The notes below the pieces were generated by a model, which saw only the letters and a list, made by a program, of their open reading frames with translations, did not search any database and was not told the DNA's origin. This document shows positions 62,241 to 64,000 of a stretch of DNA of 64,000 nt, piece after piece (the stretch's first letter is position 1; each line of letters starts with the position of its first letter). Position numbers and translations under genes: made by a program. The stretch is taken from the NCBI GenBank assembly GCA_013239625.1, contig MU054323.1, positions 19,114,819 through 19,178,818 on the forward strand, given 5' to 3'. Origin of the DNA: Lama guanicoe. Its lineage: Eukaryota.

Positions 62241-63419
62241 TTTACGTTTTATCATTTTTTTAAATTTTAGAAATACTTAGCTGTACAAAGGTTCTGTGAT
62301 TGTTTTCATGAGTCATACAGTCCCTTATTTTTCTCAAGCACTTCTTGCAGAGAGGAGAAACTAAGGTCAAATGATTTTTCCATATTTACATGATAATTTA
62401 AGGGGGAAGTGGGATAAAATATGATAGGTCCTTAGTTTAGAGACTATTATATATCCTATAGAATTGAATTTCCTGTTAGCCATCTCTGCTTTTTACCATT
62501 TATATCTTGGTACACTTCATTAGTGACATACTAACCAGCTCTGAAAACATTTACGTCTTCAATAAAATCTTATATAGAATACAATTCTCCTTAAAATTTG
62601 TGTAAATTTAGAATTTAACTATTTGTCTTTTCATATTTAAATCTTATCCAATCAATCATAAGGTTATGTGGAGTTCCTGACTTTGGGATGAGTATTTCAC
62701 TATTGTTCCCTGATATGTCTAGAAACAGAGTAAAAAAGATCAGAAGAAACTCTATTGGGAGGGCCTTCAGAACTTCCTCATGTCCTTCAACAAGAGAAGA
62801 TGCTCCATCGATTTGAGGCCATTGAGAAATAGAGCTAATTCTCTAGTCAAATTAATTTATATTCTGACATGCATTACTCTGACAACTGCAAAAACCTGCA
62901 CAGATAGAGCTTCTGTCTAGGAGAGATATTTCTCTGTTCAGTACTTTTTTTTTTTTAATATAGAGACCCTGAATAGGAAAAAAGTAATTATATTGCTTAT
63001 GGCTCAGCTTCCTTTACCTACTCCCAGGATTGGAGACATTTTCCATGAAAGAGGTTCAGAGTGACAGCCACCAAAATGAACCAGACCACACTGTGCTCTA
63101 AATACGGGAGTAAATATGAAGTGATAAATGCACACAAAGACACTTACATTGCTGTGGAGAATTGATAACAAGATTCCATCTACATTTGTTTGAGAGTTGA
63201 AAGACAAGGAGTTACTTGAATACATTTGGAAAGACCTTGGAAGTCGTTGGATATAAAGTTAGTAAATTCTGCCACAATTTCTCTGCCAAAATTCACTTAT
63301 TCCACTGAACTTTGCTGAAAAATAGTTATTTTGAATTGCAATTGATTTTAAAAAATTTGAAAGTAACTCAAAAATTATTAAATATAAATTACTAAAATTT
63401 CACCGTATAAGCAACACAG

Positions 63420-63560
63420 TGTGGCAGAAAGCACATTCAAGAAAACCAGGTATCAGCTCTAGTGTTGATAATACAAGTATCCTTATATGATCTTGAAGAA
63501 GGCGTCTAACACTTTGACCTCAGTTTTCTGATCTCTGTAAGTTTAAGTTTCCTCTAAGGT
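63420..63560 (+). mobile_element. MIR SINE
   Basis: gtgtggcagaaagcac...tgatcttgaagaaggcgtctaacactttgacctcagttttctgatctctgtaa. Confidence 0.65.
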
Positions 63561-64000
63561 CCCTTATGAGCTACACTTTATATCAGAACTGGCTGAAGGT
63601 TAAGTATGTTGTTAAAAATAAGAAAATGATATATAAAAATAGTAAATATTTAATATAGTTGATTTAAAATGTTTATTTGAGCTACTTTTCCAAATAAAAC
63701 ACTACTTAATAACTGTTGAACAAATGAGATCATTATATGTGAGAGCTTTAAGAAAAAAATAATAGGTATATATATATGATTTCATGGGATTATTGAAATC
63801 TCTTACACATTTTCAATTTCAGATAAAATCTTTGAGGGACAGTATACAATGTAGGAACAAGAGAGGGGAAAGAAGGAAAAGAATCGAAGGAGAAAAACAC
63901 TACCTTGCTTTGAGAATAAATACCTAAAATCTCAAATCAGAGAAAGCCAATTCAGCCAAGTAAGTGGAAAGGAAAAACCCAAGAGAGTAATAAGAAAGAA

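Noticed and set aside
1..64000. CRISPR arrays, rRNA, prokaryotic operons, CpG-island promoter
   Set aside because: CpG-depleted mammalian repeat-rich DNA. No regularly spaced repeat-spacer array, rRNA similarity or CpG island was seen.

Overview
Repeat-rich mammalian intergenic or intronic DNA. It is most likely camelid (Cetartiodactyla), judged by the L1 3' ends and the apparent absence of Alu, PRE1 and Bov-A/BovB SINEs. No intact protein-coding gene or host exon could be supported. The background is old and recent L1s, L2, L3/CR1, MIR, MaLR and hAT MITE relics, microsatellites and a 5'-truncated PRCC processed pseudogene (minus strand, ~8.45-8.98 kb). The highlight is a defective class I (ERV1, tRNA-Arg-type PBS) provirus at ~37.97-43.41 kb. 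Its gag nucleocapsid region is replaced by an intronless, circularly permuted SLC18B1 copy: a downstream block (KHS..LHIK) precedes the upstream block (GD..SREQ..SDPGK), and the insert starts and ends at the same ~10 nt. This is the signature of one full turn of a back-spliced circRNA captured by a retrovirus. The provirus carries further unidentified host-like inserts and has lost almost all of its 5' LTR. Its U5-PBS-leader is duplicated (~98% identical) in inverted orientation 16.5 kb upstream. A solo LTR of the same family lies at 34.55-35.07 kb. Repeat family names and exon boundaries are from recall and need RepeatMasker/BLAST confirmation; coordinates of old repeats are approximate.
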